Below, in pieces: positions 50,097 to 58,625 of a stretch of DNA of 64,000 bases; the first letter of the stretch is position 1, and the number at the start of each line of letters is the position of its first letter. The stretch is taken from the NCBI GenBank assembly GCA_965216465.1, contig CBDCFW010000005.1, positions 224,001 through 288,000 on the forward strand, written 5' to 3'. Source of the DNA: Bacteroidia bacterium. GTDB lineage: Bacteria; Bacteroidota; Bacteroidia; NS11-12g; UBA9320. Below the pieces are notes generated by a model that searched no databases, had not been told where the DNA came from, and was given only the letters and a program-made list of their open reading frames with translations. Both the position numbers and the translations under genes were made by a program.

Positions 50097-50777
50097 ATGA
50101 AGCTTAACAATATAATAAAAGTAGGATTAGTACTAGCACTTCCATTAGCAGGAATGATGTCTTGTACAAGCTCTGGTGATAATCCAGGTATTGAGTACGC
50201 TCCTCAGATGTATGTATCTGATGCTTATGAGCCATTTTCTCAAGAGGCAGATGCACCATATGAATACAACGAGCATGGAATGACTATGCGACTTCCTGTA
50301 AACGGAACAGTTGCTAGAGGTCAAGTAAACTTTGTTTATCCGCATGCTAACAACAGCGAAGGATACGAAGCAAGTGCATCTTATACTTCATGGATTGCTG
50401 CTACAGAAGAAAATGTAGCCGAAGGAGAAAGATTATACAACATCAACTGCTGGCATTGTCACGGTAAAAAAGGTAAAAACGACGGACCGATTTTTAAATC
50501 TAAGAAAATGCCTGGTCCAAGTTGGCCTAGTTACAGTGCTGATTACATTAAGACCTTAGCTGATGGTAAAATGTATCACTCAATTACTTACGGTAAAGGT
50601 TTAATGGGGCCTCATGCTCCAATGCTTACACCAGACGAAAGATGGCAAGTAATTCACTACCTTAGAAAACTAAGCTTAGGCGATGATTTTGTTTATGCCT
50701 CTGAAGATGCTGTAATCGAGCCTGCTGAAGAAGTTGAGGAAGCTCAAGAAGAAACAAACGATAACGCAACACACTAA
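50097..50777 (+). CDS. actE: Alternative complex III monoheme cytochrome c lipoprotein ActE
   Basis: Lipobox MMSC, EYAPQMY, CWHCHG, YGKGLMG, RWQVIHY. Confidence 0.92.
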   Translation: MKLNNIIKVGLVLALPLAGMMSCTSSGDNPGIEYAPQMYVSDAYEPFSQEADAPYEYNEHGMTMRLPVNGTVARGQVNFVYPHANNSEGYEASASYTSWIAATEENVAEGERLYNINCWHCHGKKGKNDGPIFKSKKMPGPSWPSYSADYIKTLADGKMYHSITYGKGLMGPHAPMLTPDERWQVIHYLRKLSLGDDFVYASEDAVIEPAEEVEEAQEETNDNATH

Positions 50778-50782
50778 TTGAA

Positions 50783-52177
50783 ATGGGACATCATATAATT
50801 AAAGAAGTAACACAAGAAACATTTCAGTTCACTGGAAGATCAAAAATGATTGCTATCCTACTTTTTGTAGTAGGAGCTATTATGGCCGGAGTAGGTGCCA
50901 TGCAAGTACAAAACAACTGGGACAAGCCTGCACATGAAGAAGCAACTGAAGCTACTCACGAAGAAGCGGCTGTTGAAGAACACCATGCTACGCTTACTTC
51001 TGCTGAGTCTCCGTCTGAAGGAGCAGCAGAAGCAGATGGTCACCATGTAGAAGGAGAACACCATGAAACTACTTTTATGAGTAGAGTATGGGCTAACTTG
51101 CTTATGAATAGCTATTATTTCTGGCTATTTGCAATTGCATCTTTATTCTTCTTGGCCGTTAACTACGTTGCGAACGCTGGATGGGCAACCATGATAAAGC
51201 GTATTCCAGAGGCAATCAGTAGTTATACCTTAGTAGGATTTGTTATCTTATTTGCTGTAATTTTACTAGGACGTCACGATATGTATCACTGGGTACAATA
51301 TTTTGGAAGTTCAGCAGCAGGTGATGCAAATAGTGCTGGTTACGATGCCATTTTGGAAAGTAAAAGCTGGTTACTGAACAACGGTACCATCTTCTTCTTT
51401 ATTCCATTTGTATTCATCGTATGGTACTTTATCAGACATAAGTTAAGAACAAACAGTATTAAAGAAGATAAAGAAGGTGGTTTGAGCTTCTTCAGAAACT
51501 CAACCAGATGGTCTGCAGGATTCATCTTCTTCTTTGCATTTTCTTTCTCTGCTTTATCTTGGGTAATCATTATGAGTATTGATGCTCACTGGTACTCAAC
51601 CATGTTCTCTGTATACAACTTTGCAATCACCTTCGTTACAGGTCTTTCTGTAATGATGCTGGTATTGCTTTACCTTAAGTCAAAAGGTTACATGGAAATG
51701 GTTTCTGACGAAGTTGTTCACGATTTAGGTAAGTTCATGTTTGCGTTCTCTATTTTCTGGGGATACATTTTCTTAGGACAATGGTTACTTATTTGGTATA
51801 CCAACCTTCCTGAAGAAACTGTGTACTTTAACGCAAGACTTTCAGAATACTACAAGCCAATGTTCAGATTGAACATCGTTCTTAGCTTCTTAGCTCCTTT
51901 CTTAATCTTAATGATGAGAAACGCGAAGAGAAGTCCTAAGATTATCTTACTAGCGGCTGCAGCGATCTTAATTGGTCACTGGGTAGATGTTTATCTACTA
52001 GTTATGCCAGGTGTTGTAGGAGATCATGCAGGAATCGGAATGTTAGAAATTGGTACTACAATGGCATTTGCAGGATTGTTCATTTACATTGTGCTTAACT
52101 CGTTGAGTAAAGCCAACTTGTATCCAGCAAATCACCCTTACTTGTTAGAATCTGCTAACCACGATGTTGGACCATAA
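50783..52177 (+). CDS. actF: Alternative complex III membrane subunit ActF
   Basis: MSIDAHWYSTMF, HDLGKFMFAFSIFWGY, LIWYTNLPEE; about 10 TMs. Confidence 0.92.
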   Translation: MGHHIIKEVTQETFQFTGRSKMIAILLFVVGAIMAGVGAMQVQNNWDKPAHEEATEATHEEAAVEEHHATLTSAESPSEGAAEADGHHVEGEHHETTFMSRVWANLLMNSYYFWLFAIASLFFLAVNYVANAGWATMIKRIPEAISSYTLVGFVILFAVILLGRHDMYHWVQYFGSSAAGDANSAGYDAILESKSWLLNNGTIFFFIPFVFIVWYFIRHKLRTNSIKEDKEGGLSFFRNSTRWSAGFIFFFAFSFSALSWVIIMSIDAHWYSTMFSVYNFAITFVTGLSVMMLVLLYLKSKGYMEMVSDEVVHDLGKFMFAFSIFWGYIFLGQWLLIWYTNLPEETVYFNARLSEYYKPMFRLNIVLSFLAPFLILMMRNAKRSPKIILLAAAAILIGHWVDVYLLVMPGVVGDHAGIGMLEIGTTMAFAGLFIYIVLNSLSKANLYPANHPYLLESANHDVGP

Positions 52178-52196
52178 GTTCAACAGGAATAAATTT

Positions 52197-52228
52197 AAAA
52201 GCCACTGCTTGTCAGTGGCTTTTTTTTT
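52197..52228 (+). terminator. Intrinsic terminator ending the act operon
   Basis: AAAAGCCACTG-cttgt-CAGTGGCTTTTTTTTT. Confidence 0.88.
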
Positions 52229-52285
52229 GACCATTTGTTTTTATTCGTTCAAAACCCTACCCCTTCTTCAGCCTACCTTTGAGTT

Positions 52286-52684
52286 GTGAAAAAGAAATTC
52301 AGGCGAAGTTTAATTTTAGTTATTATTCTTTTGGTTGTTGCAATTCTGTATGCTCCTGCCCAATGGAAAACAACAGTACTTAGTGACAGTATAACAGAGA
52401 ATGGTATTGTGTCTCGCATAATGCCTGAAAACCAAATTTATCAGGAGCAATTGACGGCACGAAAAGGTTTAACTGGAGATTGGATTATCAATGGATGGTT
52501 AATTAATAGAAATGATTTTGTCGTTGAGGAGATTAAGATTCGTTTTTACTTCAGCAACGGAGTTGAACACCGTACAATATCGAAAGTGCTTAATCCTGGA
52601 GGTGCTGGGAAACCCTTCCGAATTGAAATTGCCGGTCATGAGGGTGCTGAATTTAAGCGATTCGAAGTCTACAGAGCTCGATAG
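52286..52684 (+). CDS. Membrane-anchored hypothetical protein (beta-rich C-domain)
   Basis: Basic N-terminus plus hydrophobic helix; TACCTTTG promoter 4 nt before the GTG start. Confidence 0.65.
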   Translation: MKKKFRRSLILVIILLVVAILYAPAQWKTTVLSDSITENGIVSRIMPENQIYQEQLTARKGLTGDWIINGWLINRNDFVVEEIKIRFYFSNGVEHRTISKVLNPGGAGKPFRIEIAGHEGAEFKRFEVYRAR

Positions 52685-53917
52685 CTACTTTTTTTTCTTC
52701 TTCTTGGGCTTAAGGTCTAATTCCATTAAAGCCTTCCAATTGTCTTGCCCATCGTCGGCAAGTTCTATCGTTTCCGAATAATCGGCTTTAGTCAACATGG
52801 CACGCGTAATAGGAACCGTGGTATAGGCTTCAATTGATTCTAACAATTCTTTTTCTCCTTTACTACAAAATGATAGGGCCTGACCTTTGTTTCTTCCACG
52901 TCCTGTACGCCCTACTCTATGCACATAGTTTTCTGGTTGCTCAGGAAGGTCATAATTCACCACATAGTCAACATCTGGAATGTCAATTCCTCGTGCACTT
53001 ACGTCAGTAGCAATTAGTACAAGGCATTCGCCAGATCTGAAGTTGCGCATGGTATTTTCTCTATCTTGCTGATCCTTATCTCCATGTATAGTTTTGGCAA
53101 TAATTTGAAGACGCTCAAGTGCTGCTTTAACACGTTCAGCTCGAATCTTTGTTCTCACAAAGACCAAGAATTTCAAACTATCATTTTCATTAATTAATCG
53201 TTGCAAAAAGAATCGCTTATCGTCCATCTCTACAAAAATTACCTGGTGATCTACATTCTTGCTAACCGGGTCTTTAGGAGAAATTTGAATGCGAATAGCA
53301 TTACGCACTAAGCTATATGCCAGTTTCTTTATTTTTTTATCGATAGTAGCAGAGAAAAACAGGGTTTGTCTACGCTTAGGCAGAAAGCGAATAACGTCTT
53401 GAATATCCTTATAAAAACCAAGATCAAGCATGTGGTCTGCTTCATCAAGAATAAGGGTCTCTACTTTACCCAGGTCGATATATCCTTGATGAACTAAATC
53501 AAACATTCTTCCTGGTGTTGAAACAAGTATATCAACTCCTTTTAATAAGCGCACGATTTGAGGATTTTGATCAACACCTCCATAAACACTCAAAGTTGCA
53601 ACCTTCGTGTTTTTACCGATTTGGTTAAAAACAGAAGTAATTTGCACTGCAAGCTCTCGAGTTGGCACCATAACTAATGCCCGTATGGCCTTAGTTTTGG
53701 TCTTACGTTTAATTTGCTGAATCTTATCGATAACAGGTATGGCAAATGCCCCTGTTTTACCAGTTCCTGTTTGTGCGATGGCAAGAAGGTCCTCTCCTCG
53801 TTGAATATGCGGAATACATTTATATTGAATATCTGTTGGCTTTCGAAACGCCAATTCGAAAAGATTGCGTTTTATTTCTTCAGATAGTCTGTACTCCGTA
53901 AACTTCATTCTGCTCAC
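52685..53917 (-). CDS. DEAD-box RNA helicase (RhlE-like)
   Basis: AQTGTGKT, PTRELA, STPGR, LDEAD, FSAT, ARGID, HRVGRTGR. Start may be ATG 53908. Confidence 0.95.
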   Translation of the reverse strand: MSRMKFTEYRLSEEIKRNLFELAFRKPTDIQYKCIPHIQRGEDLLAIAQTGTGKTGAFAIPVIDKIQQIKRKTKTKAIRALVMVPTRELAVQITSVFNQIGKNTKVATLSVYGGVDQNPQIVRLLKGVDILVSTPGRMFDLVHQGYIDLGKVETLILDEADHMLDLGFYKDIQDVIRFLPKRRQTLFFSATIDKKIKKLAYSLVRNAIRIQISPKDPVSKNVDHQVIFVEMDDKRFFLQRLINENDSLKFLVFVRTKIRAERVKAALERLQIIAKTIHGDKDQQDRENTMRNFRSGECLVLIATDVSARGIDIPDVDYVVNYDLPEQPENYVHRVGRTGRGRNKGQALSFCSKGEKELLESIEAYTTVPITRAMLTKADYSETIELADDGQDNWKALMELDLKPKKKKKK

Positions 53918-53939
53918 AAAGGTAGGCCATTATAAAAGA

Positions 53940-54218
53940 TTATAGTTCAGATGGTTTGTATGTTATCTTACAATTGTTGCAAACTACTTCGCTTCCCTTT
54001 TCCACCAATGCAATTTTATAGAGGTGTTTGTCTGCATAGTCCTGAATCCACCCTTTTTTATGATCAACTTGATCAATACTAACATTATTGTTTTTGGCCG
54101 CCTCATAAAAGTGCTTTCCATACTCTTGCCGGCCCCAACAATTTGGACAAAGACCTTCAGGTGTTTCAGTGCTGTTGTTAGTTTTTTTCAGTGCTGAGAG
54201 TAAATCATTTAAGTTCAT
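53940..54218 (-). CDS. Small Cys-rich hypothetical protein (CPNCW...CNNC)
   Basis: PEGLCPNCWGRQEY, GWIQDY, CNNC; likely metal-binding. Confidence 0.75.
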   Translation of the reverse strand: MNLNDLLSALKKTNNSTETPEGLCPNCWGRQEYGKHFYEAAKNNNVSIDQVDHKKGWIQDYADKHLYKIALVEKGSEVVCNNCKITYKPSEL

Positions 54219-54327
54219 AAGTTAACCCTTTAAACGAATGTAAGTTCTATTTCTGACAGATGCATAATATTGACCTAGACTTGATTATTCAAAACAATAA
54301 TTAATGTATCTTTATCGGCGATTTTCT

Positions 54328-54753
54328 ATGTTAAATAAAGCTTCAGAGTATGCAATAAAAGCAATGATTTACTTGGCCACACATCAAGACCATCAACGTT
54401 ACATTCGTATTCCTGAGGTGGCAGAAGCAATCAATTCTCCGGCCGCATTTACCTCCAAAATCCTCCAACAATTAAGAAGTAACGGCTTAGTTTTATCAGC
54501 TAAAGGAGCTAAGGGAGGTTTTAAGATAAATGCTGAAAAGAAAATTAGTCTTCTGCAAATTGTTCAATCCCTAGAAGGAAAAGAAGTCTTTACACGATGT
54601 ATTCTTGGACTCGACGAATGCTCATCTTCAAAACCATGTCCTGTGCACGAGCAATATAAATCCGTTAAGGCCCAGCTGCTTGAAATTATGACACGATCAT
54701 ACATCGATGACTATATCCCTGAAGTCGTTAGTAGAGCAATGAATCTAAAATAG
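54328..54753 (+). CDS. Rrf2-family transcriptional regulator (Fe-S binding)
   Basis: MLNKASEYAIKAMIYLA, SAKGAKGGF, C-x6-C-x5-C-x2-H (CILGLDECSSSKPCPVH). Start 54328 preferred over 54304. Confidence 0.92.
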   Translation: MLNKASEYAIKAMIYLATHQDHQRYIRIPEVAEAINSPAAFTSKILQQLRSNGLVLSAKGAKGGFKINAEKKISLLQIVQSLEGKEVFTRCILGLDECSSSKPCPVHEQYKSVKAQLLEIMTRSYIDDYIPEVVSRAMNLK

Positions 54754-54903
54754 CATCCGTTGCTCGACATACTTGATCTCAGGAGAGAATATAATTGTTA
54801 GATTGGTACAAATCCGAATTGTCTAACCCGTATGCTTTTTGATTAACAATTGTTTTTTTCTGGTCAGAAACAAAGAAATAGCTCTGCCCAATTTCTTGAT
54901 AGT

Positions 54904-54911
54904 TATATTTG
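54904..54911 (+). promoter_or_regulatory. -7 promoter element of the T9SS/multicopper oxidase operon
   Basis: TATATTTG 20 nt before ATG 54932. Confidence 0.6.
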
Positions 54912-54931
54912 TTGCATAAAAGAATTAAATC

Positions 54932-55624
54932 ATGAAGTTATTATTTACCTCATTAGCCCTTTGTATGTTTTTAATTGGTTCTGCACAAAACTTTGTATAT
55001 AGTACTGATCAAGATCTTCGACTAGAAGAAACCAACTCTAACTACCTTGGCGGTGAAGTTAAATTCACTACACCTGAACCTGAAGATATTACCTTCAAAT
55101 GGAGAAAGTTGAAAACAGATGTACCTGCAGAATGGTCATTTTCTCTTTGTGGTTATGGTACTTGTCATGTTGGGTTGCCTAGTAGTGGAACGTTCCTTCC
55201 AATTACAAAAACGCAAATGGAAGATGGTAAAGAAGCTTACTTCATCTTAAACACAAGTCCAAAAACTTTTGACTCAGCTTACCTGCAGCTTTATGTTTAT
55301 GATCAAAATGACCAAGATCGTGGTGATACAGTATCTATAACGCTTGTAAACAAAGGTGTATCGAGTATTTCAATTGCACCTAATAAAGCTATTTCAATCT
55401 ACCCAAATCCGGCTAAAGACCTAATCAACATCCGTATTCCAAACGATGGACAAACGTATACAGCATCTATGAGTAATCTTTTGGGAGAAACCATCCTAGA
55501 AATTGGTCAACTTAATTCAGGTGTTAACGGTGTTGATGTTTCTACGCTTAGTAAAGGAATTTACTTTGTTCAGCTATCTTCGACCGATGGAAGTACAAAG
55601 ACCCAAAAAGTAATTGTAGAATAG
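54932..55624 (+). CDS. T9SS type A cargo protein (small beta-sandwich domain plus CTD)
   Basis: Signal peptide (GSA-Q), WSFSLCGYGTCH, CTD IYPNPAKD...LSKGIYFV...TQKVIVE. Confidence 0.85.
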   Translation: MKLLFTSLALCMFLIGSAQNFVYSTDQDLRLEETNSNYLGGEVKFTTPEPEDITFKWRKLKTDVPAEWSFSLCGYGTCHVGLPSSGTFLPITKTQMEDGKEAYFILNTSPKTFDSAYLQLYVYDQNDQDRGDTVSITLVNKGVSSISIAPNKAISIYPNPAKDLINIRIPNDGQTYTASMSNLLGETILEIGQLNSGVNGVDVSTLSKGIYFVQLSSTDGSTKTQKVIVE

Positions 55625-55627
55625 CCA

Positions 55628-56503
55628 ATGACCACCACTTTGGGTAGAAGCTTATCGCTATTTTTTACCTTCATTCTTCTTGGTTGTTTATGCAATGTGC
55701 ATGCAAGCCAGCAAACGATTTATATTAATAAAGGACATTTAATCACCAGTGATAGCCTATCACTGCCTTACTACACATACAATTCTTCTAGCAATTTTGA
55801 ATCAAGTAATACATTAATCAAGCTTGCTGTTAATGACAGCTTGTACCTCACAATTGTAAATAATGATAGCTCAGATCATGGCTTTACTATCAAAGAAATG
55901 TCACTAGGTGACACTATTTCGGCCTTTGATTCGATAACAATTGGACTGAAATTTAATGAAATTGGAACGTTCATCATGTTTGACCATTTGAACAATTCTC
56001 GATGTGCAAATATGGGCCTCTCTGCAATTCTGCATGTTTATGATCCTAACGCAGAACTTCCTTCATTTTATTGGAATATTAAAGACCATCAAAAAGAGGT
56101 TTATCATCAATTAGAAAATGAATTAGTAGTGGACTGGTCTCAATACTATCCCCAATATTTTACACTAAACGGAAGGCATAATCCGCATATCAACAAAGAC
56201 TCAATAGCTCGAGTTACAGGAAGCGTTGGTGACAGCATTCTTATTCATATGGTAAACACAGGAAACTCAACACATTCCATTCATTATCACGGATATCATG
56301 CTGAAATTGTTCAGTCTTCAAAATACCCGAGCCATGTTAAAAGAAAGAAAGACACTTTTGCCGTTCTGCCTTTTGAAGTTGTTGTCGTTCTCTTGGTTCC
56401 TGATCAAGTTGGAGAATATCCGGTTCACGATCATAATCTAGTGGCTGTAACAGGTGGAGGAATATACCCCAACGGAATGTTTTTGACCCTAAAGATTCAA
56501 TAA
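55628..56503 (+). CDS. Two-cupredoxin-domain multicopper-oxidase-like protein (His ligands in domain 2 only; no T9SS CTD)
   Basis: Signal peptide; domain 2 has HSIHYHG and GEYPVHDH; domain 1 motifs are degenerate (DHGFTI, FDHL). Confidence 0.85.
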   Translation: MTTTLGRSLSLFFTFILLGCLCNVHASQQTIYINKGHLITSDSLSLPYYTYNSSSNFESSNTLIKLAVNDSLYLTIVNNDSSDHGFTIKEMSLGDTISAFDSITIGLKFNEIGTFIMFDHLNNSRCANMGLSAILHVYDPNAELPSFYWNIKDHQKEVYHQLENELVVDWSQYYPQYFTLNGRHNPHINKDSIARVTGSVGDSILIHMVNTGNSTHSIHYHGYHAEIVQSSKYPSHVKRKKDTFAVLPFEVVVVLLVPDQVGEYPVHDHNLVAVTGGGIYPNGMFLTLKIQ

Positions 56504-57714
56504 TGAAGTACTATTTAATCCTGATTATATCGCTCTTTTCGAGCTTGTCTTATGCTCAAGATGATGTGGATGTATTTCTTATTGCTCGAAATACTGGAGA
56601 GAAAGTTTTGGCCAATAACGACACTATTCGTGTTTTTGGATTTGCAGAAGATCTTTCTTCCCACCCTAGTATTCCTGGACCTACTATTTATGCAAAGGAA
56701 GGAGACTCAGTGCACATCGATCTTTGGAATGTATCGCAAGGTGCTCCGCATACTATTCACTTGCACGGATTAGATGTTGATCAACAAAACGATGGTGTTC
56801 CTCATTTATCATTTGAAGTTGAACACATGGATCATGGATTCTACCACTTCAAAGCACCGCATGCAGGCACCTACTTGTACCACTGTCATGTGGCATCTAC
56901 AGTTCATGTGCAGGCGGGTATGTATGGTTTGATTATTATTAAGCCCACAGATGGAACCAAGCAGACTTGGAATGATGGATATACCTATGCCAATGAGTTT
57001 GCTTTTATGACTTCTGAAATTGACACCGTTTGGCATCATGACAGTGTTTTGAATCACGGGCACGGACCGAATAGCGATCCAGTTAAGATTCCTATTTACA
57101 ACCCACAATTTTTCTTAGTAAATGGCCACTCAGACCAACAAATTATTGACCAAGATGTAAAAGTAAAATCTGGCCAAAATCAAAATAGCTATTTGCGTTT
57201 TGCGAATATTGGTTTTTTCGCCAATGAGGTAATTTTCCCTTCGTCACTTAATGCAAAAATTGTTGCTTCCGACGGACGGCCTCTGCCCGAAGTGGAGGTT
57301 TCTGACACCTTGACCTTATTTCCAGGAGAACGTTATGGGGTTCTGATAAACAATCCGGCAATAGGCACTGATAGTATTCTTTTGAATTTCAGAGATCTGA
57401 ACACCAATAGGCTTTGGAACACGCAGTTTATTCCCTATGAAAATGTTGAAGTCCTGAACATCGAACAAACTTTTGATTCTGAACTAGTGGTTTATCCCAA
57501 TCCATTCACAAAAACAATCGATGTGGTGAGCAAGGTGGTGTTTGATGCCATCACCGTAATTGATTTAAACGGGAGAATGGTGTTTGAACAAAAAATTGAA
57601 AGCAAAGTCTCAACGCTTCAACAAATTGATTTGGCTTTATCACCAGGATTGTACAATCTCGTACTGTGGAACAACGACTTACAAGTTGGCCAAAAGAAAA
57701 TAGTGCGACTTTAA
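56503..57714 (+). CDS. Two-cupredoxin-domain multicopper-oxidase-like protein with T1 Cu site in domain 1 and T9SS type A CTD
   Basis: Signal peptide; PGPTIYAKEGD, HTIHLHG, TYLYHCHVASTVHVQAGM; domain 2 (ASDGRPL, FPGERY) lacks His motifs; CTD VYPNPF...GLYNL...KKIVRL. Confidence 0.88.
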   Translation: MKYYLILIISLFSSLSYAQDDVDVFLIARNTGEKVLANNDTIRVFGFAEDLSSHPSIPGPTIYAKEGDSVHIDLWNVSQGAPHTIHLHGLDVDQQNDGVPHLSFEVEHMDHGFYHFKAPHAGTYLYHCHVASTVHVQAGMYGLIIIKPTDGTKQTWNDGYTYANEFAFMTSEIDTVWHHDSVLNHGHGPNSDPVKIPIYNPQFFLVNGHSDQQIIDQDVKVKSGQNQNSYLRFANIGFFANEVIFPSSLNAKIVASDGRPLPEVEVSDTLTLFPGERYGVLINNPAIGTDSILLNFRDLNTNRLWNTQFIPYENVEVLNIEQTFDSELVVYPNPFTKTIDVVSKVVFDAITVIDLNGRMVFEQKIESKVSTLQQIDLALSPGLYNLVLWNNDLQVGQKKIVRL

Positions 57715-58625
57715 AAACTGAATGTTCCTTTAAACTCTTGCAACACTTTTCGAACGTCGGGTTGACTTACGTTCATCATCTGAGAAAGTTTCGTAGGAAC
57801 ATGAACATTTACGCTTTGTAGCGTTGAATTTTGCTGCAATGTAACAACCTCCAAATTGGGGTACAGTTCGTAGTACATATCAATAATCTCATTGATTTTA
57901 AAATTGGTATCGGCCAAATTATAAACCCCAGGGTGTACATCGCCAAACAGAACAAATGCTAGCTGGCTACTAAAACTTTCTAAACTGATAAACGCCCTTG
58001 ACTGCTCCCCATCTCCTATTCGCTTGATCTTACCCTTGTGATGGGCCTCAAACATAAACCGGTTAAATACAGAATCTATTCGCATTGTGGGTGAATAGCC
58101 GTATGCGTTAGCACAACGCAATACATAAACATCTTTACCATCTATCCGCTGAAAATGCTTTTCTCCATGCAGTTTTGACTGCCCATACGAGGTTTGAGGA
58201 TCGGGATTACTCTGTTCTGTAACCATCTGATCGTGAGAACCGTATACCGTCATTGAACTTATGTAAATTGCTGTTTTAACGTCACTATCTTGAATGGCAT
58301 CAGCCACATTAGAAGAACCCCAATTGTTGATTTGATCAAACTGATGCAGTTCAATATCAGAATAAGGCTTTATAATTTTTGCTGCCATATGAATAACAAC
58401 ATCAATTCCTTCCAAAGCCTTGAGTAGGTTCCTTCGGTCTAGAATATCATGTTGAGACAGGGTAATTCTTGCCTTTCCAAGTTGCTGACCAAATAGAAAG
58501 GCCATATCGCCTCTCGACAAATTATCATACACTCGAATTTCTTCAACCTCTGGATATTTTTGGCTGAGGTATTTGATGAAATATCCTCCTAAATATCCGC
58601 AACCGCCTGTTATTAATATTTTCAT
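57711..58625 (-). CDS. NAD-dependent epimerase/dehydratase (extended SDR)
   Basis: ITGGCGYLG, HMAA, ISSMTVYG, YGQSK, GDGEQSR. Confidence 0.9.
   Translation of the reverse strand: MKILITGGCGYLGGYFIKYLSQKYPEVEEIRVYDNLSRGDMAFLFGQQLGKARITLSQHDILDRRNLLKALEGIDVVIHMAAKIIKPYSDIELHQFDQINNWGSSNVADAIQDSDVKTAIYISSMTVYGSHDQMVTEQSNPDPQTSYGQSKLHGEKHFQRIDGKDVYVLRCANAYGYSPTMRIDSVFNRFMFEAHHKGKIKRIGDGEQSRAFISLESFSSQLAFVLFGDVHPGVYNLADTNFKINEIIDMYYELYPNLEVVTLQQNSTLQSVNVHVPTKLSQMMNVSQPDVRKVLQEFKGTFSF

Noticed and set aside
26349-52228. Two hairpins sharing AAAAGCCACT...AGTGGCTTTT as a possible REP/MITE family
   Set aside because: Only two copies with different loops, both at gene ends; ordinary terminators suffice.
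54794-54826. GTTAGA...TCTAAC inverted repeat upstream of the MCO operon as a riboswitch or sRNA
   Set aside because: Short stem with poor inner pairing, located upstream of the predicted promoter; no recognisable aptamer.
56490-56510. Frameshifted single four-domain MCO or pseudogene at the A/B junction
   Set aside because: Gene B has its own intact signal peptide right after a clean TAATG overlap, and no slippery run is present.
56503-57714. Copper nitrite reductase (NirK) call for the MCO-like protein near an Rrf2 gene
   Set aside because: It has HxxHxH and HCH (oxidase-type) rather than NirK HNIDFH and YHC motifs, and no other denitrification genes are nearby.
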